This document shows positions 25,251 to 36,800 of a stretch of DNA of 64,000 nucleotides, one piece after another (the first letter of the stretch is position 1; each line of letters opens with the position of its first letter). The notes beneath the pieces were generated by a model. It was not told the origin of the DNA and made no database searches. It worked only from the letters and a program-made list of their open reading frames with translations. The position numbers and the translations under genes are program-made. The stretch is from Leptogorgia sarmentosa (Eukaryota), in the NCBI GenBank assembly GCA_964658305.1, contig OZ210885.1:2418001-2482000 (forward strand), written 5' to 3'.

Positions 25251-26082
25251 CAGGGGCGAAAATATGGGGGGTGTGGGGGGGTGGTCCACCTCCCCCAAAG
25301 GCACAGGCCAGTCGGTCTCAAAATACGTACAACAGGTCTCAAAATACAAAATTACGCAATAGAAGGATTAAATACGTTGCTGTGCGAAGACCGACATATT
25401 ATCACGAGACCGACTGCATTTATAACAATAAATTATAAAAAGTAAATTGATTATGCAGTTTACGAATGGTGTTATGCGGACAGGCGTCATTTGGGGAAGA
25501 TTGCGAGAAAACTGTGACGGCAACACCAACCGGAAGTAACGGGTGAACTAGTTTTTGCTGACTTTGCAGTAATTTCAAATTCGAAAATTCGGGCACTGAT
25601 TTTGAGCATAATTCGTGCAAAAATCTTAGGAATAAGGTAATGTCAACAATCCTCCAGTCGTTCACCTGAACGAGCGTACCAAAAAAGTGGAGTTAGAACT
25701 CTGAAATCACCGTTTCCAGCAATCCAGAGGTTGTAAAAGTTCAAAAATTTGTCGCTCGGTGGCGCCTCGTGACATTCGCTACCCTCAAATTCGGTCCAGC
25801 TCATTCCCCGTTTCAACGTTGCCGTTGAAGTCGCCGTCGTGTAGTCTTAAGGTCTCTAATGGTGTTGTGCGGACAGGCGTTCTAACACCTTCCTTCTAAC
25901 GGATAACATGCTCTCAAAATGCTGGAAATGCCATTTCCGAGACCCAAATTTCAAAATTTTCCCGGGGGAGCATGCCCCCAGACCCCCCAAGGTTCCGCGT
26001 GCCTTCGGCACTCGAATCGGTCTGCATTATGATTTACCCCCCCCCCCCCCCGCCTCAAACAAAATCGATATGTACGCCCCTG
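25251..26082. mobile_element. Non-autonomous hAT-type element, 832 bp
   Basis: TIR CAGGGGCG...CGCCCCTG with 8-bp TSD GCCGAGGC (25243-50, 26083-90). The empty site is at 4138-4145. Confidence 0.9.
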
Positions 26083-27632
26083 GCCGAGGCATTGCATTAT
26101 AAATGTCACATAAAATATACAGCCTATACGTGTCTTTAAACGGACAAAAGTTCTGTCTGTAGTCACGCTGAAAGCTGGTTGCATAGTTGTAATTTAGTCG
26201 CGCTACAACAGCCACGTTTAAAGGCGTGCAATCACGCGGAAAGCTTGCTTTATAAATAATACATTTTTGGCGGTCCTGCCTTCGCGAGAGAGCTGGACCT
26301 CGCGATCGTCGTTGTAAACAGCGGTCCTGAGCATGCGCAAGCGAAATTAGCCAATCAGAAACCAGAACTTTCAAAGTGAAAACAACAAAAAATCATAAAA
26401 ATGCTATTTGTTTCTAAATATTTTATTCATATAAATTCAGCTCCCAAAGGAACAGATGCAGTATGCATTTTCTGATGCTATGAAATGCCTCACGAATAAT
26501 ATAACAGCTATGAGGTGTCTTGTCAAATTTAAACCATTGGTCAACTGATCATTTTATGGAGTTTAATTCCGAGAAATGTGTACATCTTACTATTTCATGG
26601 GGGGCTGGCAAATGCGTAGTGTGGGCGACGGATTAATGTATAGAATTAGTTCGGTTATATTGAAAAGTTCGGTAATTATTATGTTCCTACTTACCGTTTA
26701 AATCGTAAAAATATTAAATATGTTTCCATGGGTTTTTGGAGATTTTGTACCTGTTTTTCAACGTCGTTTCCATCACCTGCATCGCACGTCGCTCGCTAAT
26801 TCATCAGCGCGTTTCCTCTATATGCCATAGCGCCTTGCAGGTTTCAGTGGCGCCGACAGGGGGGGGCGTGGGAGCTGGGAGAGCGATATTCAGGGGAATA
26901 TTTTTCCAAGTGTAATTTTGATAAGAAATAACACCAGAAGGAGATGAAATGTTCAAGAGATCCGCGAAGTGGAATTGTCTTCTATTTTAGCCCATAATCT
27001 TTCATTGAGTGTATGTGGAAAAATATCCGCAGACATCATTGGCATGGTCTGACTCCTCATTTGCCCCACCTCCAAAATAAAATCCTGGCGACCCTACTGC
27101 CCTACACTGATTTAACAACTCCTCAGGTAACAACCCCCTCTGTTTTCCTGTTAAATTTATCACATCTAATAAAATGTGACTACAACGAAATTTGAATAAT
27201 AATTAAATGAAGTTAAATTTTTTCAAGACAACGGTAAATGATTTTTCATAAAAACTCTTTGAATTCGATGGAGGTCCATTAGAAAATGTCTTGCAGTCCA
27301 AACAAATGAAAATCCAACTTAGACCAGTCACAACTTAAAGTGGAAACAAATTGCGTTGTCATCTTTGTTATTAATAAACGATTAAGGTCATTAACATGCA
27401 TACAATACAGTATGACTCCTCACAGAACAACCGAATTTTTAAACCTTTTTGAAACAATAGGTTATACTTTAACTACTTTTCTATATACACATTGCCACAT
27501 AACGCTTAGTGCCATTTAATTTTCAATTAATTAATTACGTTTGAGCACTTTGTTTGTCCTTACCAAACGCGAGCTAAAAATATTCATTATTGTATACAGG
27601 TGACTGTCCTTAATTGTTCAAGCCTGCAACGT

Positions 27633-28568
27633 TCAATGTCGCCCAATACTACTGCAAATGTTGAAAGCTTGCTTTCGTAATAATGGACTTTGCCAAAAGA
27701 AAATAAGTGAATTAAGACTAGAATTTAACGCGCATACTGTTGCAGCCCAAGATTGCGCAGCTCGGAATTCGGCCGGTTCTGCGTTAATAAAAATTACATT
27801 AAGAATTGGCGCTTGTAAAAAGCACAGATAGAATGTAACCACAACTAGAGCACATGATTTACCCAATTTTAACTCTCTTAAAAATTGTTTTTTCTTCGCG
27901 AACTCAGATGAGCTGTGTTTTACAGATGAATCGGTGAATGCTGTGTCCGAATTTCGCCCTGCAAGATAAATCTTTGTGTAGGCAAATGCATTAAATGCCA
28001 AAGGGATGCATAGATACGCCACACCAAGTATGTTGTATGCTTTTTTTGAAGCAACTGCCAACGGAACTATTACCATCAACAGTACACCTGTCGAACAAGT
28101 ATATATCAAGAATCTTTTCTTCGTCAAATATGTAAGATGAATAATTGGATGTAAGATGCCCATGTATCTCTCAAATGTTATTGCACATGTTGTAGTCAAC
28201 GTTAAGCCAAACGGAACCAGAGCTATCATTGAAAGAACAAAATTTGTAACGCATTTCGCGCTACCCAAGACTTCCCTTGCTCTGAGAAATGTTTCCAAAG
28301 GAAGCGAGATTGCTCCAACTGCCAAATCAACCACTGCTTGAATGAGAATGAGAAAATAACAAAGCCTTTCTTTTAGCTGGGAGCTCCTGGTGATAGTGAG
28401 CACTGAAATACCGTTTAAAAGTATTGTAGGGATCACTAACACGGAATTCGCCACACACACAGCAATTTGATTATTGAAATACTTTCTTGACGGAAATTCC
28501 AGTATTATAAAAGAGACACTGTCGAAAAAAGAGCAAGTCCGTATGTAATCATACGTCGTATTATTCAT
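27633..28568 (-). CDS. Intronless class-A orphan GPCR, copy B, ~311 aa
   Basis: Nearly identical to copy A; protein differences are at the N-terminus (IETFS vs IRTCS) and the upstream ATG is lost. Confidence 0.88.
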   Translation of the reverse strand: MNNTTYDYIRTCSFFDSVSFIILEFPSRKYFNNQIAVCVANSVLVIPTILLNGISVLTITRSSQLKERLCYFLILIQAVVDLAVGAISLPLETFLRAREVLGSAKCVTNFVLSMIALVPFGLTLTTTCAITFERYMGILHPIIHLTYLTKKRFLIYTCSTGVLLMVIVPLAVASKKAYNILGVAYLCIPLAFNAFAYTKIYLAGRNSDTAFTDSSVKHSSSEFAKKKQFLRELKLGKSCALVVVTFYLCFLQAPILNVIFINAEPAEFRAAQSWAATVCALNSSLNSLIFFWQSPLLRKQAFNICSSIGRH

Positions 28569-31500
28569 TTTCCAATGCAAAATAACAACTCTGCTCTTGC
28601 CGCTTTTACTAACAAAGAAATACAGCTATATGAAATAGGTTGACAGATGGAATATTAAAATTGTAGGCAAAGTTAAATATTTCATATAGCTAAAGTAAAT
28701 TATTTACGCAAATTGCTATATGATACTCATTACCGTTTTTCATTGTATAGCAATAAGGATGCAATTGATACTCCCACATATGTGATATTTTGAAAAACTT
28801 TATTTGCATAAATGTGTGTAGTTCGATCTAAAGTAATATGGAATAGGTTCGGATCAATTGACTTTATCGCCACCCATGCGCATGGGGTGGCGTATATTCA
28901 AATGTGAAAATTTTACGATAAAGTCAATTGATCCATACTTAGGTTCTTATATTACATAAGTAATAAGTTCTCGCACAGAATATCGTCTATGAATGTCTTC
29001 AATAATTGCAACCAGATAGTCCGGCAGTGATAATAGTCTGTACTAGGTCCAAAATGGGGCGATCTCGCGTTCCCCGTCTCGACCATTTTCGCTGCATGTT
29101 GAACTTTTAAAAGCGAATATTATCATTGATGTTCAATTATATTTTCCCTGAAGGATTTTCAATCGCGACCAAAAAGCAAATTTTGGACAGCTGTCTTTAT
29201 CCCAATAATGATCGCATTGTTTCCTAAGCTAATATTTAATGACATTTAATTATTTCGAAACGTTGCTTCATAATTAGCCTACTGCCAAAGTGCATATTCT
29301 ATAATGTGTGAGGTAATTTGATACATATGCATATTCAAGTGAATTATTAATTTCTAATCAATGATGCAGTTGACTACTTATACGGGATGTCCAAAAACGA
29401 GTCTTTATAAATTTCGGCACGCTGCTGCGTGCTCGTTTCTGTAGGAAATAAAACGAAATTCGCAAAACATGAGTGAAATTTTCGAGAACAAGTGTAATTA
29501 GCCATTTCTGAATAAAGCAAAGCAAAGGACTGGGTCTAGTCTCTCGGTTTGTAGGGACAAAAATGAGCAATATGCCGAAAATGACATCTAGGAAGTTCTC
29601 CTAAAATTTTTCTAACTTCCTAGGGCCGTTTGTTCAAAAGCGGCCTAGTTTAACGCTGGGTTAACATAAAATTCAAAGAAAATTATCCAACAATTTGTTT
29701 ATGAATTTAGAAATGTTTCGTCAGAAATCTTGTGGAGATCAATGAGAGTTTTCTTTGAAGTTTCCAAGTAAACAGATTTGCAGAAATACACAAACTAAAA
29801 CACTGCTTTAAATTTTAACCCAGGATTAGCCTTTCCTAAAGTTTCTAACTTTGTGAAGTTCTTTGTGCATCCTGAAATGCAGAAATTATAATTAAGGCAT
29901 GTTTTAATATTTATTTAGCTCGTTCACTTTAATTTGTTTCCCCTCCAAGCGTCAACTAGACCCAGTCCTTTGCTCGATTGGGAAATGGCTAATTTCCTAC
30001 AATATAATTGTAGTGCCACAGAATACTAATCAGTAGTTTTTTTTCGTAGGCGCTCTATTCGTCATCATTCGTCACTCAACAATAGTGCGCTAAAGCCCGT
30101 TTTCCACTCCGCCGCCGCCGGCGAAAAAAATTGATAGCGAAACCATTTGTTTACATTCATTTGCCTCTGAGGAATTTTTTTCCAATTTTCTAGTTGTTAA
30201 AAATGTTCAACTTTTGTCTTCCCTATGACTGTGTAAAAGACACTCTCCCCTGTATTTTGAAAATTCAAATTTCAATTTTTTTTCGATTATCCTACATTAT
30301 AAGCACCCAAACAATCTATATCAACCAAAACTTCCGTACCCTGTGTCGCTTGGCGAAGTTGAAATTTGTTCACTTTTTTATACATCCTGCATAAAACAAT
30401 AAATGGTCTGATTTAAATGGACTTTTCAATACTCCACAGTCTTCTCTCTGCTCTGAGACAACGAATTTGACGTCATTTCCGCTATAAAAGTGTTGGGAGA
30501 ATCCCTTGAATTTACAAACTGAAAATATTTCTCAACCAACATGCACATGAACTTAAAATGGATCTCTCTGATTCTCTGGGCGAAAGCTGAAGAATTCAAA
30601 AACTCGAACGAAATGGAACAGTCACTCAAGCAGGGCCGACGAATCATACTGCGCCTTTTTAATTTTGGCGGGAATTTACCATGAATAATTGCATTAATAA
30701 ATTTCGATAACATGCCTTACCTTTATAATTTGAACAAGTAAGCTTAAAAATTGCTATGTATCTAACCAGAACTCCATCTAATCTAAACACATCAATAAAC
30801 GTTATTTTTTTGAAAGCTTTTTTTGCAGATGCATATTTTGTGCAGCACATTACGTGTGGAAGTTGTATTTTTCCAGTGGAAGCTACAAGACCTTTATCAA
30901 TTATGTTTTATGAATATTTAGTGATCATTGTAGGATATGAGGAATGATAAATAATTCAGCATATCCTGCGAGAACCGAATTTAATTATTGTTTTCGTTTT
31001 TAATGTTTATCGGTATAAACGCATGCATTTTAAACAAGATTAACCATTCTTTGACGAATCAAAACTCAAAACTGCTGAATTAGTTGAAATTAAAAATAAT
31101 TATTGAATGAGCTAGGTTGAGCAAGATATGAAGAATTATCGGAGCATCATTTTTTCATTAACGATAAACTCGAACAAATCGAAATAACGGAAAGTTCTAT
31201 ATTTAGTTTAGCCAATAATCTGCTGAATAATGTTTAAAACTTGTATAAACTTGTATAAACATGTTCACACAAAGACAAATATGATCTCTTGCAGTTTTGA
31301 TTTAAATCCCAACCACCTGCTGTTTTCAATCAAATCCTATCATTTGTTACGGCAAGTACGACACGGAGAGAAAATCATGTATGTTGTATAGAAGTGAGTG
31401 ATCTCTAATCTTACGAACAGTCAATCCAGCCGACTGAATTGAAGTCGAAGTAAAATCATTTATGAGAGAAACGTCGCTAGATATCCAACATAACAGCGTG

Positions 31501-33081
31501 GTATTTTTCGTGGGAATTAAGACTTTCAATATTTCATCTAAAACAGGTTTGTTTTAGCAAAATAGAAATTTTCTACTTTGTTTCAGGTCGTTTTTAAATA
31601 ATACTGCTAAACATTTAGTTCGTTTGTAGCGAAACCTGCATGAATACATGCAATTTATTATGTGTAGACATATTGTGAGCCGTCATATGAATGTCACGCA
31701 GCTCTTGCGGGGGCGCAGCACCAAAACAGTTGGTAATTTAATTACAGAATAGTCTTTCACATGTTTCTTAAAAAGTTGCATGTTCAACTGTCTATTTGTG
31801 CGTGCTCGAGAATTAAAAAACATTCCAGTGTTTTCTCGATAAATGAGACATGCCTTTATGTGAAGAAAAATTTTAACTACGTATAATTAAGATAAACCAA
31901 AGCACTTATTACACAATGCATTTGTAGTAAACAGCGGCAGATGGTCTGGTCGTCAGATAACTGAAGTTCAATGAATGGCAAATTATTCATTCTAGAACTA
32001 ATTTTCCGCAATTTATTATTGTTGCTATACAATATTGTATTATTATTATTTTGTTGTCGTACTAAGTTTCGTAATAATATTGCATCGTCATTTCGTTTTC
32101 GAGGATTCGTCAGTTTTATATTTCTAAATATTAGTATGCAACAATGATCATATCATTCCTCTCGGATGAAACAGGCTGTAGTGGCAACTTTTGAGACAAA
32201 ACTATACTATTTGTTTCATGTATGTGGTATCGAGTACTCTTGGAATTTCGTTAGCCAAAGCAGCATAATTTAAATGATATGGTACAGAAACGCAAATCGA
32301 AATAGCGGGAAGTTTTTCAATTCCATATTTAGTTTAGCCAATATTATCTGCTGAACAATGTTTAAAACTTGTATAAACTTGTTCATACAAAGACAAATAA
32401 TATTTTGATCTCATGCTGTTTTTTTATTTAAATCCCAACCACCTGCTGTTGTCAATCAAATCCTTTCATTCGCTACGGCAAGTAGGACACAGAGAGAAAA
32501 TATTGGTTGAAAACCGAATATAACGTATTTTGTGGAGTAGTGTAACACAGGTATCTCCTTTATGCAAAGTTGAGAAATACTATAATGTATCATTCATAAT
32601 TATTCACTAAGCTTTATTTATTCGAGACATGTTTAAATTTCGTATAAATTGAACAAGCCCAGACTTGTCTTTGTATGTCGTATAGAAATGAGTGATCTCT
32701 AATCTTACGAATAGTCAATCCGGCTGACTGAATTGAATTCGAAGTAAAATCATTTATTATTGCAACGTCGCTAGATATCCAACATAGCAGCGTGGCATTT
32801 TTTGTGAGATAAAAATAATATTGGTTGAAAACCGAATATAACGTATTTTGTGGAGTAGTGTAATACAGGTATCTGCTTTATGCAAAGTTGAGAAATACAA
32901 TAATGTATCATTCATAATTATTCACTAAGCGTTATTTATTCAAGACATATTTAAATTTCGTATAAATTGGACAGTAGTATAAGAAAGGCCGATCGAGCCG
33001 GATTTTTGAGGTGGCGCGAGGTGGCGCGAGGTGGCGCGAGGGGGCGCATGCGTATTGAGGCTTTGAACTCATTAGAATATC

Positions 33082-33741
33082 GTGCTGTGATTGGTTGAAC
33101 AGCGTGACGTTACGCTATAGTGTGCTGTGATTGGTTGAACAGCGTGACGTTACGCTATAGCCGCGCTGTGATTGGTTGAACAGCGTGACGTTACGCTATA
33201 GCCGCGCTGTGATTGGTTGAACAGCGTGACGTTATGCTATAGCCGCGCTGTGATTGGTTGAACAGCGTGACGTTACGCTATAGCCGCGCTGTGATTGGTT
33301 GAACAGCGTGACGTTATGCTATAGCCGCGCTGTGATTGGTTGAATAGCGTGACGTTACGCTATAGCCGCGCTGTGATTGGTTGAACAGCGTGACGTTACG
33401 CTATAGCCACGCTGTGATTGGTTGAATAGCGTGACGTTATGCTATAGCCGCGCTGTGATTGGTTGAACAGCGTGACGTTACGCTATAGCCACGCTCTGAT
33501 TGGTTGAACAGCGTGACGTTACGCTATAGCCACGCTCTGATTGGTTGAACAGCGTGACGTTACGCTATAGCCACGCTCTGATTGGCTGAACAGCGTGACG
33601 TTACGCTATAGCCGTGCTCTGATTGGTTGAACAGCGTGACGTTACGCTATAGCCGCGCTCTGGTTGGTTGAACAGCGTGACGTTACGCTATAGCCGCGCT
33701 CTGATTGGTTGAACAGCGTGACGTTATGCTATAGTCACGCT
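33082..33741 (+). repeat. 16 x 41-bp tandem array in the left TIR/subterminal region
   Basis: Unit gccgcgctgtgattggttgaacagcgtgacgttacgctata; about 3 degenerate inverted copies at 40968-41080. Confidence 0.95.
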
Positions 33742-33852
33742 TTGAATGATTGTTGGCATAAAACTATACCGTCGTCATTTAATATCATTGTTTTAGTCTT
33801 TACCCTACAAGAGGCAACACAGCTATCCCTTTGGAGAAATTTATTTTGAGAT

Positions 33853-36800
33853 ATGGCTAAACAACATCAAAAAAGTATCTTGTAAGTTATAATGCACTCT
33901 ATTTGCTTTTAATTGTAACAGTGTTAAGAGTACGGTTTTTTACTTTAGGAGAGATCAATTTATGGAAGATCTTGAGAATTAGGAGAAGAATCGACAACTG
34001 TGCGCGTTGGCAGCTGACGACATGTTTGAGTCTTCGTCGCCTGAAACCCAAGAGCAAGTTCCTGCCGAATGGTGTGACTCGAAAGAACCTGAGAAATTCG
34101 GTTGTGTGTTTGATCAATGTGGTGAAGTGTTCACACGTTCGAACGATCTGAGACGACATATCCGAAGAGCTCACACGGCTGAACGACCACACGCATGTAG
34201 TACGTGTGGTAAGGATTTCAAGACAACAGATGATTTAAGACGCCACAAAAAAAACCATGAAGAAAAAACCTTCGAGTGTCATAAATGCTACAAGAAATTT
34301 GCTCGAAAGGTATTTTTCGTTTACTCTTTGAATTAGGATTATTGATAATGTATAGACTATATTGTATATTTTTTGTTACTAGGATAACCTCGACAGGCAT
34401 TTGAAAATGCACGAGAAAAGGGGAGCCGAACGCGAATATACGTGTAATATCTGTGATAAGGTGTTTCGAGATATATTCCCGCTACAAGCTCATCAACGAA
34501 ATGTGCATAAGATTGTTGCTGGAAAACGGAAAAAGACTGATACTACAACAACCCGAGTAAACCAAGGTAAGTAAAAAGAGTCAATTATATCGTTGAAACC
34601 GATCTTCGAGACTTCGAATTTGAAACTTTTTTTCTCTGTAGGGACATCGAGCGGTGGGCAAGTTAGTGGTCGTAAACGCAAGGCAACTGATGGTACGTCA
34701 GCCCAGACAAAACGAGCTAGAGTAAACGAAGGTTGGTGTAAAAGATTGTGTGTTGACATGATAGTAAAACATATTATTGAAATATTTGCTTCCCTATAGG
34801 AAGTTTAAAGTTTAGGCAAATTTACCGTGTGTTTGAAAAACAATTATAACTTGTTTCCCAGGGACATCGCCTACCATTCCACCGAATCAGTTTCCTCAAG
34901 ATCCAATCTACCCACCACCTGATCTTCCTTCGATACTTCATCGAGAAAACTGGCGCACCATCCGGACTAGACAAAGTCGTGGCAATCGAGTTCAGGACTG
35001 GTATAATTATCGCTTGGGCTCCTTGAATATGGGTGAACTTGTGCAAGATATTGAACGTATATTCCTAGACCAAACGACCGTTTTCAAACTGAACCTTTCC
35101 TTCGGTTTTGTACTATTTAATAATGACACGGAACAGATGCAGTACCACCATTCGTCAGCCAATAACAACCGGGTATTCGAGGCACCGTTTTTGGTTCGCA
35201 GTCGTGAAAATTTGCAACAAATTCGGTCAGCGTTAGAAAATCTGGACGTGTTTTAATGGGCTCGCCAACAACGTCCCAACTCCAAGTGGGTGGTTGCGGA
35301 TATCCTTAACGCGACATTCTACGTGACAAAACTCCGCGATCACCCTATTGGACGTAGTACTCGTTTACCCAAATACGTGCTGGAGAATCCCGCTGTTGTT
35401 TCACTAGATTGTGATAGAAATACTGGATTACCGTACGAGGACAAACTGTGTTTTTTCCGTTGTTTGGCTCTACACCGTGGATGTCACTCAAAAAATTTAG
35501 AACGCGACACACAACATTATTTTGAACGGTACGTTGAAGATGTCGATGATTTTGATGGTGTGACACTTGAAGAACTTCCCGACTTGGAAAAGTTATTTGA
35601 ACTAAACATTTACGTGTATCGACTCGTGGAATGTGAGGACGAAGATACTGAGAAAACCAAGATCGTTGCACAACTTATTCAGAGATCTCACCGTACTTTT
35701 GCCAACAGCATATATCTCAACCTCTATGAAAAGCACTTTAGCTATATCAAGAATATAAATATGTACTCAAAGTCTTACTGTTGCTCTAAGTGTGAGAAGC
35801 TATGGAAAACAGCAAAAGCTTTAAATCAACACGAGAAAACCTGCGAAGCGACTGTCCGACACGTGTTCCCTGGTGGTGTCTATAAAGTCCCACAAACGAT
35901 ATTCGATTTGCTCGAAGACGAAGGTGTTGTGATCCCCGAAGAGTTGAAGTACTTTCCGTATCGGGCAACATTCGACTTTGAGTGCTATTTTCAGAAAGAA
36001 GACGACCACCCTAGAAACACAGCAAAGCTTACATGGGAAGCCGAACATGTCCCGTTGAGTGTCTCTGTTTGCTCCAACGTCCCTGGCTATGATGAACCAA
36101 AGTGTTTTGTGTCCTCTGGCAATACAAAAGAAATGATCAAACAATTTATTGACTATTTGGTACAAATCAGCCAGGAGAGTTATGCATTGCTGTTGCACCA
36201 CTTTTCCGATGTGTTTGAGCAAATCAACCGACGAATGGAAAACAATGGGGTAAGTTGAGCATTTGAATGATTAAATATTATATACTTGAATCTTGAATCT
36301 TGTTGAGACTTGTACTTATGACTATATTATGTTTAGGTGTGTACTGAAAGTAGTAGCGGTGATATAGAAGAGATGTTTGCAGACGAGGCAAATGAGGTAT
36401 ATATGATTTTCAACGGTTTAAAAATGTTCAAGTTCCACATACCATTTAATCCATTCTTATCTTTTAGGATGAAAATGAAAAGACCCACCCTCTCGAGAAA
36501 CTTCGGGACAAGTTGGAACACTATCTCATGGAACTGCCCGTCCTCGGATTCAACTCTGGCAAGTACGACATCAATGCTGCGAAAAACCCCTTCTTTGCTC
36601 ACCTAGTGAAACATGAGGAAGTCCAGTTTGTGATAAAGCGAAACAACAATCACATGTGTCTGAAGACCTCACACTTGAAGTTTCTCGACATTACAAACTA
36701 CTTGGCTCCTGGATTTTCCTACGAACAGTTCCTCAAAGCCTACGAGTGCACGCAGACCAAAGGATATTTTCCATACGAATGGGTCGACTCCCTTGATAAG

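Noticed and set aside
33082..33741. CRISPR-like array
   Set aside because: Units are contiguous with no unique spacers, there are no cas genes, and the context is eukaryotic; it is a TIR minisatellite.
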